The notes beneath the pieces were generated by a model. It saw only the letters and a list, made by a program, of their open reading frames with translations. It did no database searches and had not been told where the DNA came from. Position numbers and translations under genes: made by a program. Positions 12,843 to 22,687 of a stretch of 64,000 nt of DNA are shown here, piece by piece. Source of the DNA: an uncultured Verrucomicrobiae bacterium (GTDB taxonomy: Bacteria; Verrucomicrobiota; Verrucomicrobiia; Chthoniobacterales; JAFAMB01). The stretch lies in contig CAWEXO010000011.1 of assembly GCA_963813025.1 (NCBI GenBank), forward strand, positions 608,001 through 672,000, read 5' to 3'. The number at the start of each line of letters is the position of its first letter. The stretch's first letter is position 1.

Positions 12843-12857
12843 TGTAGTATTGCTACG
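12843..12857. promoter_or_regulatory. HexR-like operator 3 (TGTAGTATTGCTACG)
   Basis: Reverse complement is CGTAGCAATACTACA; upstream of the ABC operon. Confidence 0.65.
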
Positions 12858-13007
12858 TCCGTGTTCGGGTAATTTTTACCTGATGATCTAGATCTCTGCC
12901 ACTCCCCCTGAACCATGCACCAAAAATCTTTCCCTATCCCTTGTGTCAAGGCGCTTATTTCCCTTACCGATCCTCCTGTTCCTGTAAGCATGCCGCCCGA
13001 ATCATGC

Positions 13008-13022
13008 GGTAGCAACATTACA
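13008..13022. promoter_or_regulatory. HexR-like operator 4 (GGTAGCAACATTACA)
   Basis: Just 5' of the AGGAGG RBS of the first binding-protein gene. Confidence 0.55.
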
Positions 13023-13040
13023 GAAACCAAGGAGGAGAGG

Positions 13041-14108
13041 ATGAGTAAAAAAATACGCTTTTTGTCGGGTAAGATCCTGACTGGGTTCTTCTGCGCATCT
13101 CTTCTCCTGGTAAGCCCGCACCAGGCGTTCTCGGCATCAGGCCCACCGGTGACTCTGGCGATATCGATCCGTACCCTCTCGAACCCCTATCAAGCCAACT
13201 ACAAGGTCGGAGCCGAGGCCTTCGGCAAGCTCGTCGGATGGCCCGTTGACGTCCTGACGACTGAAGCAAACAGCGAGAAAGGTCTGACCGACATCAAGTC
13301 GGAGGTCGCGCGTACCGGTGGCAATGTGGTGTTCTTCATCGATCCAAACCAGGAAACAGACTGCGTGGCGATCGCGAAGATCCTCGATCGGGCCGGAGTC
13401 TATTTTGTTACCTGGTGGAACAAGCCTGCGGACGTGAAAGTATGGGACTATCCACATTGGGTCGCGCACATCTCTTTTGATGGCGTAGCCGCGGGCAACT
13501 ACACCGCCAATGAGCTGTTCAGGACCTTCAAGAATCCGGGTCACGGTAAGATCGTCGCTCTGCAAGGGCTTCTCGCTAATACACCGGCGGCCGAGCGATT
13601 CCGGGGACTCCAGAAGGCGATAAGCGAGCAGAGCGGAGTGCAGCTCGTCCAATGGGTAGCCGCGGACTGGGATCGAACCAAAGCCTACAACGACACAAAG
13701 GCAATGCTCATCGCGCATCCCGACATCGACGGGGTGTGGTGCGCGAACGACGATATGGCGATGGGCGCGATTCAGGCTCTGAAAGAGGCTGGCCTCGGGG
13801 GAAAGGTGTTTGTCACCGGCACCGACGGAATTCCGGAGATGTTCGATGCGATCAAAAGCGGACTCGCCGCAGCCACGGTCATGAATGACGCCAAATACCA
13901 GGCAGGACTTGGGTTGGCCATGTCGCTCGCTGCGAAGCAAGGTTAGTTTGATGTGGCATCCCAGCCCCAGAAATACCGGCAGTTCGAGATCCCTGCGGTA
14001 AACGTTAACCGCCAAAACGTGGACCAGATCGTCAACGAGTACATAACCAATACGCCGAAGTATGACTTCACCAATTTCTACGCGCGGTGGTCGGTTGCCA
14101 TTTCGTAG
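13041..14108 (+). pseudogene. Sugar ABC substrate-binding protein 1 (RbsB-like) with in-frame TAG at 13944-13946
   Basis: Signal peptide and ANDDMAMGA; after the TAG the frame continues FDVASQPQKYRQFEIPAVNVN...WSVAIS*, colinear with the downstream paralog. Confidence 0.8.
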
Positions 14109-14139
14109 AGACATAATAGCCGCCGATGCGTGTAAAAAA

Positions 14140-15225
14140 ATGATCCGTCACAAGGAAAATTTCGAAACGAAGATCGTCCGACGAGGATCCAGCTTAATTG
14201 CGCTGGGGTTGCTCTTTTCAGCATTCACTTCGGCCACAGGACAAACCAAGTCGTCTGCGCCACCTACGACCCTCGCAATATCGATCAGGACGCTCTCGAG
14301 CCCCTACCAGGTCATGTACAAGGTCGGAGCCGAAGCCTACGCGAAACAGACCGGTTTACCCCTTGATGTCCTGACGACCGAGGCAAACAGTCAAAAGGGA
14401 CTGACCGACATCAAGTCCGAAGTGGCCCGCACGGGTGGTAATGTGGCATTCTTTATCGATCCGAACGATGCTTCGGATGCCCTCCCGATCGCAAAGACGC
14501 TCGAGCCGGCGCGCGTTTACTTCGTTACGTGGTGGAGCAAGCCGGCCGACGTCAAAGTTTGGGATTACCCCCGCTGGATTGCTCACATCTCGTTTGACGG
14601 ATTCGCTGCAGGTACGTATACCGCTACCGAGCTGTTCAAGAGCTTTAAGACGCCGGGCAAAGGGAAGATCATAGCATTGCAAGGGCGCCTGGGCGATACC
14701 CCCAATGCCGAGCGCTGGCAGGGTTTGCAGCAGGTCCTTTCCCAGAATCCCGGAATTCAGTTGGTTCAATGGGAGTCCGCCCAGTGGGACCGAACTCAGG
14801 CCTACAACGATACAAAGGCGATGCTTGTCGCTCATCCCGATATTGACGGAGTGTGGACTGCGAATGACGACATGGCCATGGGTGCGATTCAAGCCCTGAA
14901 AGAAGCCGGGCTAGCCGGCAAGGTGCTTGTTACCGGCTGCGACGGGATTCGCGAGATGTTTGATGCAATCAAAGGTGGGCTTGCGGCAGCCACGATTTTC
15001 AACGACGGCAAGTACCAGGCCGAGTTAGGTCTTGCCATGGCACTTGCAGCGAAGGAAGGGAAGCTCGACGTCGCTTCTCTACCCCACAAGTATCGCCAGT
15101 TCGAGATTCCGGCGGTGAATGTGAATCGCGAAAACGTCGATCAAGTCGTGCACGACTATGTGGAAAATACCCCGACCTACGATCTGACGGATTTTTTCGC
15201 CAAGTGGTCGAAAGCGATTCCGTGA
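14140..15225 (+). CDS. Sugar ABC substrate-binding protein 2 (RbsB-like), paralog of protein 1
   Basis: Long stretches shared with protein 1, such as KGLTDIKSEVARTGGNV and AYNDTKAML. Confidence 0.92.
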   Translation: MIRHKENFETKIVRRGSSLIALGLLFSAFTSATGQTKSSAPPTTLAISIRTLSSPYQVMYKVGAEAYAKQTGLPLDVLTTEANSQKGLTDIKSEVARTGGNVAFFIDPNDASDALPIAKTLEPARVYFVTWWSKPADVKVWDYPRWIAHISFDGFAAGTYTATELFKSFKTPGKGKIIALQGRLGDTPNAERWQGLQQVLSQNPGIQLVQWESAQWDRTQAYNDTKAMLVAHPDIDGVWTANDDMAMGAIQALKEAGLAGKVLVTGCDGIREMFDAIKGGLAAATIFNDGKYQAELGLAMALAAKEGKLDVASLPHKYRQFEIPAVNVNRENVDQVVHDYVENTPTYDLTDFFAKWSKAIP

Positions 15226-15328
15226 CTCGATGGCGCCGTCGGCGGACGCCGTGATACTCGCCGGCGCCTCTTGATTCGATCTTCAAGGGCCGTAATAAGG
15301 TACAGGGAGAAGCGGGGGCTGTGCAATC

Positions 15329-16357
15329 ATGTCGAATAACGTGACTTCAACATCGCCGCCTCGCGCGTCCGGCTGGCTTTCGATTTCCGCCGCGAGAGGA
15401 CAACGATGGTTTCGGCGAAGCGGAATCGGCGGCCAGCTCCTTTCTCTGGTCATAGTAATGGGAATATTCGCCATCGGGACTAAGGGGAAATATCTTTCCT
15501 GGCCGAACTTCCAAGTTATTCTCAGCCTCAGCGCAATACCGGCGATCATCGCGATCGGGCTGCACCAGGTGGTAGTTCTCGGAGGGATCGATCTGTCAGT
15601 CGAAGGGATTGTGGCGCTCTGCGTGGTTTTCGTCGGCCTCCTTGCGCGCAACAAATTCAACTCGAATGACGTCGGATTGTGGATTGTTCCGATAACCGCG
15701 GGCGTCGGCGGGCTTGCCGGAGCTATCAACGGCCTGCTCAACACGAAACTGAAGATACCGTCGTTTATCAGTACACTAGGTATGAGCTGGGTCCTTTGGG
15801 GATTGGCGGTTTTTGTGAGCAAGGGGCAGACCATTCCGTTGCTTAACAGCCCGCTAAGCGGTTTCGTGAACGGCTATGTGCTGGGCGTTCCGAACCTGGC
15901 ACTGGTCGCGATCGGGTTGTTTATCGTTATTCAGATTATTCAGGACAGAACCCGATTCGGCCGTTACCTTTACGCGATCGGCGGAGACGAAGTGCTTGCT
16001 GCGCAGGCAGGCGTTAAAGTCGATGGGACGAAGATTATCGCCTTCGGTATCGCCGGAGTATTCTACGGTCTTTCAGCTTTGTTCCTCGCCGTGAGACTCG
16101 ACAGCGCCCAGGCGATAACGGGCAACAATCTCCTTTTCCCGGCTGTAACCGCAGTGGCGGTCGGTGGAGTCGCGTTAACCGGCGGAATCGGGGGCGCTAA
16201 GAATGCAGCGCTCGGGGCGCTGATCATCACGGCGCTAAACGAGGGGCTGATCCTTCTGAACGTCAACCCATATGCGCAGGAAGCGGTGAATGGAGTCGTT
16301 CTGGTTGCGGCGGTTGCGCTGACCATTGACCGAAAGAAGCTTGGCTTCATCAAATAG
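15329..16357 (+). CDS. Sugar ABC permease (RbsC family)
   Basis: GGIDLSV, KIPSFISTLG, RTRFGRYLYAIGG, VGGVALTGG. Confidence 0.93.
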   Translation: MSNNVTSTSPPRASGWLSISAARGQRWFRRSGIGGQLLSLVIVMGIFAIGTKGKYLSWPNFQVILSLSAIPAIIAIGLHQVVVLGGIDLSVEGIVALCVVFVGLLARNKFNSNDVGLWIVPITAGVGGLAGAINGLLNTKLKIPSFISTLGMSWVLWGLAVFVSKGQTIPLLNSPLSGFVNGYVLGVPNLALVAIGLFIVIQIIQDRTRFGRYLYAIGGDEVLAAQAGVKVDGTKIIAFGIAGVFYGLSALFLAVRLDSAQAITGNNLLFPAVTAVAVGGVALTGGIGGAKNAALGALIITALNEGLILLNVNPYAQEAVNGVVLVAAVALTIDRKKLGFIK

Positions 16358-16389
16358 ACCCAGGTTGTGATGATGGGAAACCCGACAGA

Positions 16390-17913
16390 GTGACTGCAAA
16401 AGAACCAGTGCTTGAGCTGCGGCGGATTACAAAATCCTATCCAGGAGTCGTCGCACTCGATCGAGTGGACTTCACCGTGTACGAGAATGAAATCGTCGGG
16501 CTAGTCGGCGAGAACGGTGCCGGAAAGTCCACCCTGATGAAGATTCTCATCGGACTCATTCAACCCGATCGGGGCTCTTACACGTTACAAGGAGAGCCCG
16601 TCGTGTTAAGAGATCCGGCAAGTGCGACCAGGCTCGGAGTCGGCATGGTTTTCCAGGAAGGTTCCCTCGTGCCGAATCTGTCCATCATGGAAAATCTATT
16701 TTTGTGCCATGAGTCACGGTTTCGAAGATTCGGTTTTCTCTCGAAGCGCGCGATGCAAGAAGCCGCCTACGCTGCTCTTGCGCCTGTGAAAATAGAAACG
16801 GACCTGGATACCCCGATTGCAGATACCACTCCCGAAGTCCGCCAAATGGTCGAGATTGCGCGCCTTCTTTGGCTTGCGAAGCTGTACGGCCAGAGGAATC
16901 CCATCCTTATTTTGGACGAACCGACGACCGTCCTGACCGAGAATGAGCGGGACACTCTTTTTTCGATTCTTGGCGGGATCAAGAGCCAGGCATCGATCGT
17001 TCTGATTTCTCACCGGCTGCAGGAAGTCGTCGAGAACTCGGATCGCATCGTGATCCTGAAGGACGGAAAGAACGTTACCGAATTGGGGACCGGAGAGGCG
17101 AGTATCCCTGATATCGAGCAGATGATGGTTGGCCACCGATTCGCAGCGGACCGTTACCGCGAAGACGAGCAGGTTGAGCCGAGCGACCAAACTGTATTGA
17201 GGGTGCAGAACTTGAGCAAACGTGGGCTGTTTGAACCGATCGATTTCTCCGTCAGAAGAGGGGAGATAGTCAGCCTTGTTGGGCTTGTCGGATCCGGCAA
17301 GGAAGGAATATGCCGATGCATAACTGGCCTGGAGAAGCCCGACAGCGGCTCAATCGCGCTCGGGGGGAATAAGCTTACTTCCGGCTCTCCTAGCGAAAGC
17401 GTTCGCTCCGGGATTGGGCACATTCCAATCGACCGGCGAAGCGAGGGTCTCGCCCTCGGGATGACTGTGGCCGAAAACGTGAATCTCCTTGTGCTGGATC
17501 GCTTCAAGGTAGCTGGTCTGGTCAGTCCTGCGCGTGAGAAGCGAAATGCAGTCCACTGGATTGAGGAGTGTCGGATCAAGGCTCCTTCTGCTTGGACGAT
17601 GTGCGCCAACCTGAGCGGCGGGAATCAGCAGAAGACAGTGATTGCAAAGTGGCTCTCGTCGCAGATTCAGTTTCTGGTGCTTGATCACCCGACACGCGGC
17701 GTTGACGTGGGAGCCAAGCAGGAGATTTACCGGCTGATCCGAAAGCTGACGCGTGACGGAATCGGCATGCTCATTATGTGTGACACGCTTGAGGAAGATA
17801 TCGGTCTCTGTAATCGAGCGCTCATTATGAAAGATGGTCGGCTCGTTAGGGAGATCAGCTGTCCGCCGTTCAAGAAAGCCAGCCCCAGTGAGATTATAGG
17901 CTCACTCGTGTGA
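16390..17913 (+). CDS. Sugar ABC ATP-binding protein (RbsA-like, two NBDs)
   Basis: GENGAGKST, LILDEPT, ISHRL, LSGGNQQK. Confidence 0.93.
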   Translation: MTAKEPVLELRRITKSYPGVVALDRVDFTVYENEIVGLVGENGAGKSTLMKILIGLIQPDRGSYTLQGEPVVLRDPASATRLGVGMVFQEGSLVPNLSIMENLFLCHESRFRRFGFLSKRAMQEAAYAALAPVKIETDLDTPIADTTPEVRQMVEIARLLWLAKLYGQRNPILILDEPTTVLTENERDTLFSILGGIKSQASIVLISHRLQEVVENSDRIVILKDGKNVTELGTGEASIPDIEQMMVGHRFAADRYREDEQVEPSDQTVLRVQNLSKRGLFEPIDFSVRRGEIVSLVGLVGSGKEGICRCITGLEKPDSGSIALGGNKLTSGSPSESVRSGIGHIPIDRRSEGLALGMTVAENVNLLVLDRFKVAGLVSPAREKRNAVHWIEECRIKAPSAWTMCANLSGGNQQKTVIAKWLSSQIQFLVLDHPTRGVDVGAKQEIYRLIRKLTRDGIGMLIMCDTLEEDIGLCNRALIMKDGRLVREISCPPFKKASPSEIIGSLV

Positions 17914-17945
17914 GGCACCGCCGGCACTGAGAAAGGAGAAGTGAA

Positions 17946-18941
17946 GTGGTACAGGTAAAGCCCGGCGGCCCGGCGGACGCGCCAGCGACGACAACCGCCC
18001 GGGGTAAGCGGGCAAGGATACCCGCGATCTATTTCGCGGTCACACTTCTCGTTGTCCTGGTTTTTTTGTTTACCATGGGCAACCGGAATTTCCTCTCGGC
18101 GTATAACCTCAACACGATTGCAAGTTATACCGCGATCTTGTTGGTGGTCGGTCTGGGCCAGATGAATCCCATCCTCATCGGCGGAATCGACCTCTCTGTC
18201 GGGGGCCTCATGTCATTCGTTTCGGTCGTGTTCGTCGTATCGTTGAAGACGATTGGGATCTGGGCCTTCCCGCTCTGCATTCTAATCGCGCTGACCGCGG
18301 GTTTTCTCAATGGAAACATTCTCACTCGCATCAAGATTCCCTCGTTCATTGCTACTCTGGGCACCGGGGGCATCCTGACGAGCCTTGCACTTCTTGTTTC
18401 GCCCCTGCCGGTCGATGTCCCGGCCCCTTCGTATCCGTTGCTGGAGACCGTAAACGGCACAGTGCTCGGGGTACCAAATCTGCTGCTCCTGACGCTCGGC
18501 GTCTTCGCGCTTTTCTATGTCATTCTCCGACTTACCACGGTCGGTCGGAACATTTACTACATTGGCAGCAACATTAAGATGTCCTGGATGTCGGGGATCG
18601 ATATCGTCAGAACGCGGAATTTTGCGTTCGCATTGTCGGGTCTCGGTGCAGGGCTCGCGGCCATCATGCAATCGTGCAGCCAATACGGTGGCGACCCGTC
18701 TTTGGGCAAGGTTTATATCCTGCAATCAATTGCTGCGGTTGTGGTGGGCGGTACCGCACTCACTGGGGGAACCGGCGGAGCGATCAATACCGTTATTGGT
18801 GCCCTGATTCTAGGCGTAATGGAAAACGGTATGAACGTGGTTGGAGTCGATGCCTATTTCCAACAGAGCATCCTCGGGCTCGTTATCATCATTAGCGTGG
18901 CGCTTACGTTTGACCGAAGCAAAACGGCGATGATCAAATAG
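17946..18941 (+). CDS. Sugar ABC permease (RbsC family)
   Basis: GGIDLSVG, KIPSFIATLG, IAAVVVGGTALTGG. Confidence 0.93.
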   Translation: MVQVKPGGPADAPATTTARGKRARIPAIYFAVTLLVVLVFLFTMGNRNFLSAYNLNTIASYTAILLVVGLGQMNPILIGGIDLSVGGLMSFVSVVFVVSLKTIGIWAFPLCILIALTAGFLNGNILTRIKIPSFIATLGTGGILTSLALLVSPLPVDVPAPSYPLLETVNGTVLGVPNLLLLTLGVFALFYVILRLTTVGRNIYYIGSNIKMSWMSGIDIVRTRNFAFALSGLGAGLAAIMQSCSQYGGDPSLGKVYILQSIAAVVVGGTALTGGTGGAINTVIGALILGVMENGMNVVGVDAYFQQSILGLVIIISVALTFDRSKTAMIK

Positions 18942-19024
18942 AATGAAGATTCCGGAGGAGATCTGTTCGGATCAATTCGAGCGTGCGGCCCGGCTCTTGT
19001 ACTGGATTGGACGGCAGTTCATGG

Positions 19025-19402
19025 GTAAGCGTCACGCCAAGCGCCTCGCAGTCGTCCATTGACTCGAAGGGACTGTAAAAGTCGTAAGTTTGAGTTACGA
19101 CATTTAGAATATTTAGGCTGCTCTGGGTGCAGTGTTTCTCCTGGCTGCTGCCCAAGCTTTTGGAACAATGTCTTTAATCTGATGATTGGTCATTGTGGGC
19201 AGGCGGGTCAGTACGTCGAGCAGATAAGTGCAGGGCTCGATAACCTGCCGCCGGCAGCTTTCGATGATCGAGTAAATGATCGCGCTGCGTTGGTTGGCCT
19301 GCGTCGGCGTCACCGAAAAATAACCAGTTCTTCTTTCCAAGAGCGGTAGGTCGGACCGCATTCTCAACCAGGTTATTGTCGATCTCGATTTCGGGCTCTT
19401 TG
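19025..19402 (-). mobile_element. IS66 family remnant: right end and 3' fragment of the transposase
   Basis: EIDNNLVENAVRPTALGKKNWLFFG and AIIYSIIESCR...YLLDVLTRLP (frameshifted); GTAAGCGTC terminus at 19025. Confidence 0.85.
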
Positions 19403-20062
19403 CGCCTCACCTCACGAAACGGAAAAAATCGTACATTAACCGAAGTTCCGCAGTTATTCCTGCGGAACTCAGGTTAGTTAAGAAGCAAGAACCGGGTCGG
19501 AGGGGCCGAAATTTTCCGCTTTCCACCCGCCGGTTCTGCCGCCAGACGTAATCGCCAGTGAGGTTGATGTGTTCCCAGCCGAGGGACGACAGGTGTTCAA
19601 GCAGGTTGTCGCCCACCGCTTGCGTACGAAACCGGTCGGTGCGTCGGCAGGCACCTTGCGCAGGTTATCGGCGTTCATGACCTTAAGCGTTTCGAGCGCT
19701 TCAAGGGCTTTTAGCCGTTCAGGGTGTTCGAGCAGGTGCTTCGCGCTCGGCACGCCGGGCGCTTGTCGTCACCAAGCCAGCGTGCTGGAGGTCGATCCGG
19801 TCGATTGCCGCAAAAGCCCCTCCAGCTGCGCGTGATGGCCGTCGTTAAGGGTCTCGGTCAGGGTTAAATAGATTTTCCGATTCGCGCGCGTGATGGCTGG
19901 CGCACAAATGCCCTCGATCACGTTCAGAGGAGGCAAAATGAGCTTTTCTTGGCGTAGTTCCTGAACCAACGCAATCGCCAGGGCTCGGCCCGGGTACCGC
20001 AGGCCGCACATCAGAATGGCAAAGCCAAGGCGATGCGCATCACCCCGGCGTTGGTTAATCAC
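19403..20062 (-). mobile_element. tnpA: Tn3-family remnant: degenerate 38-bp IR and internally deleted tnpA
   Basis: N-terminal INQRRGDAHRLGFAILMCGLRYPGRAL, middle [15 protein letters not shown]-terminal [20 protein letters not shown]-like CTCACGAAACGGAAAAAATCGTACATTAAC ending at 19440. Confidence 0.85.
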
Positions 20063-20202
20063 AGATAGACTTGTTCGCTAAAGGTATAAAGCCGAATCAG
20101 CTCGGATCGCTCGCTCGGAAATGCCAACAATGCGTTGCGTTCGGCGGGGTAAGGATGCATCGATGGGGATGGATATTCTTCTCGGAAACGAACCTTAATG
20201 AG

Positions 20203-20736
20203 AAGGAAAGCAACCAGAACCTTGAACTACAACTAGCGGCGCTGAAGAGAGCCAGCTGCAAACGGATCTTTATTGACAAGGTCAGTGGCGCTAAGGCAGA
20301 TCGTCCTGAACTCACAAAGACGCTCTCCCACTTGCGGGAGACTGATACTCTGGTTGTTTGGAAACTCGATCGTCTCGGACGCAGCGTGAAAGGATTGGTT
20401 GATCTGGTGAATGGACTCCAAGAGCGCCACGTACATTTCAAAAGTCTGACCGATGGCATCGATACAAAGACGCCGGCCGCCCGGTTCTTTTTTCACGTGA
20501 TGGCAAGTCTTGCGCAGATGGAACGAGAGCTGATTATCGAACGGACACGCGCCGGATTGGAAGCGGCAAAACGACAAGGCCGTGTAGGTGGCCGAAAACG
20601 CCGAATGACCGAAGGCAAGGTCAAAGCAGCTAGGAAGTTGCTTTCTTTGGGTACGCCGCCAAGAGATCTGGCCCAAAGTTTGGGCGTGTCGGTGCCAACG
20701 TTATACCGCTGGGTTCCCGCCTCTACGAGAATGTAG
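20203..20736 (+). pseudogene. tnpR: Serine resolvase with N-terminus missing
   Basis: QNLELQ, LVVWKLDRLGRS, ERELIIERTRAGLEAA and a C-terminal HTH, but no GYARVS catalytic motif. Confidence 0.8.
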
Positions 20737-20977
20737 GTGCTTGCTCGTCAATTCAAAAACTATACTGTACATCTAACAAAACGACAAAACGAGACCAAGC
20801 GATTCGACCTGATCTTGCCCGTCAGGACCCTTTTTCATCCTGATGAACACTGAGGCATCGCCTGCCCCAAACTCGGGAGGGGAGCCGCTTTAATCAAAGA
20901 ATCAAAAAGCCGCCTGTCGGGGACGAGAAATCCTTGCGGCCACTACCCCGTTGCCCTTATCGCTCGGCCCTGTTTGC

Positions 20978-21724
20978 TTAAACCGCGATCATTCCACCAT
21001 CCACCACCAGCTCGGCGCCGGCCACAAAGCTGCTGTCATCTGAAGCCAGGAAGACGACCGCCTTAGCGATTTCGTCGGGCTGACCCACACGACCTAGGGG
21101 GATTTGAGCCGCCATCTGTGCCGCGAATTGTTTGAGCTGTTCTTCGTTGCCGAGAGCGCGGTAGCCCTCGGTCGGCACCACGCCGGGACTGATCACATTG
21201 ACACGGATCTTTCGCGCCTTTAAATCCGTGGTCCAGGTGCGAGCAAAAGAACGCACGGCAGCTTTGGTAGCGCTATACACACTGAATGCTTCCATCCCGA
21301 TCGACGCCACGATCGAAGCGTTCAGAATAATCGCTCCCCCATCCTTCAACAGCGGTAGCGCTTTCTGCACCGTAAAAAGCAGCCCTTTTACGTTGATGTT
21401 AAAGATCTGGTCGAAATGTTCCTCTGTGATTGCGCCCAGCGGAGCAAAACTTCCTCCTCCGGCGTTGGCGAAAACGATATCGAGATACCCTTTCTCTTTT
21501 TGGATGGTGGCATAGAGCCGATCCAGATCCGCCAGGTTAGAGACGTCTCCTTGGACGCCAAGGACATTCCCGCCGAGGCGTTTTACGGCGGAATCAAGTT
21601 CAGCTTGTCGCCGGCCGGTGATGATCGCGTCAGCGCCTTCGCTGAGAAAGCGTTCAGCGGTGGCAAAGCCGAGGCCGGTGGTTCCGCCAGTAATAAGCGC
21701 TATTTTTCCGTTTAATTTACTCAT
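20978..21724 (-). CDS. SDR family oxidoreductase
   Basis: TGGTTGLG, FANAG, YSATKAAVRSFARTW. Confidence 0.92.
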   Translation of the reverse strand: MSKLNGKIALITGGTTGLGFATAERFLSEGADAIITGRRQAELDSAVKRLGGNVLGVQGDVSNLADLDRLYATIQKEKGYLDIVFANAGGGSFAPLGAITEEHFDQIFNINVKGLLFTVQKALPLLKDGGAIILNASIVASIGMEAFSVYSATKAAVRSFARTWTTDLKARKIRVNVISPGVVPTEGYRALGNEEQLKQFAAQMAAQIPLGRVGQPDEIAKAVVFLASDDSSFVAGAELVVDGGMIAV

Positions 21725-21948
21725 GCTGTATTTTTCTTTTGTGACTGAGGGTTGCGGTCGACTAAATTGTTTCTTTTACAGTAACAATTTTGGGAACAAT
21801 GCTGCGTGATTCTGGCCCGCAGCGCTGCGTTAGTTTGAGTCTGGGTAATACCCATCGAGCAGTTCTTCCTCGTTAAACCACGCAAAATAATTTCCCAAAA
21901 ATCGTCAGCGGCGGAGTGGACAAAAAATGGCCACCGTTGGGACACATT

Positions 21949-22497
21949 TCATCGGTAAGAGGCGAGCATCGCATAGACTGCGACCCCGGTTACGGAAACG
22001 TAGAGCCAGATCGGAAACGTCCAACGAGCAATCCGGCGATGGGCCCGGAAGCGGCCGCTCAGCGAGAAGAAAAAGGTAATAAGAATCAGCGGAAGGGCCA
22101 GGACCGAAAGACTGATGTGGGAGATGAGCAGGCCGAAATAAAAGGGCCGAATCATACCTTGGCCATGAAAACGCATGTCACCGTGCAGGGCGTGATTGGT
22201 GATGTAGGTGACAAGGAACACGGTGGAGAAAACAAACGCCGTAAACATCGCAGCTCGATGGGCTTTGACCCGCTTGGTCCGGATGAAAACGAAGCCCGCA
22301 AGCAGCGCAAGCGCCGAGAGGGCGTTGAGCAGCGAATTGAGGGCGGGAAGGAAACGCAAATGTGTTCCGGCCACATCGGCAGGCGCATGAAAATAGACCA
22401 ACCAGCAGAGAAAAAGACTGGCGACGGCACTGACCGCGACGATGACGCCTATGACAATCGGCGGAGTCCGGGTTTTGTTAGCAGCCAGGGTGGTCAC
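21949..22497 (-). CDS. DUF420 family membrane protein (start uncertain)
   Basis: LPALNSLLN, HRAAM, STVFLVTYITNH, LISHISL, HRRIARWTFPIWLYVSVTGV. Confidence 0.85.
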   Translation of the reverse strand: MTTLAANKTRTPPIVIGVIVAVSAVASLFLCWLVYFHAPADVAGTHLRFLPALNSLLNALSALALLAGFVFIRTKRVKAHRAAMFTAFVFSTVFLVTYITNHALHGDMRFHGQGMIRPFYFGLLISHISLSVLALPLILITFFFSLSGRFRAHRRIARWTFPIWLYVSVTGVAVYAMLASYR

Positions 22498-22687
22498 GTT
22501 TTTTAGTGCGCTTGGCGCAGCGCCTATATGGTAAGGCTCCAAATCGTCCCTGAAAAGGCGGAAGCGGCTTGCTCGCAAGGCTGACCCCGGCGTATCCCTT
22601 ATTCTTCACCCCTCATGCGCCCGATTGTGACGCAAGAAAACACCCTCATTTCCGCGCAAATGACTCGCGAACGAATCCGCAGAAATT

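Noticed and set aside
13944..13946. Pyrrolysine or other amber recoding in binding protein 1
   Set aside because: No pyl genes in the window and TAG is a normal stop in many genes here
13137..14114. Long antisense ORFs (also 36583-37527, 43203-43982, 47905-48786)
   Set aside because: Shadow frames of real genes in GC-rich DNA
16390..17913. Degenerate second NBD (DHPT Walker B, altered Walker A) as a novelty
   Set aside because: One degenerate ATP site is normal for RbsA/MglA-type ATPases
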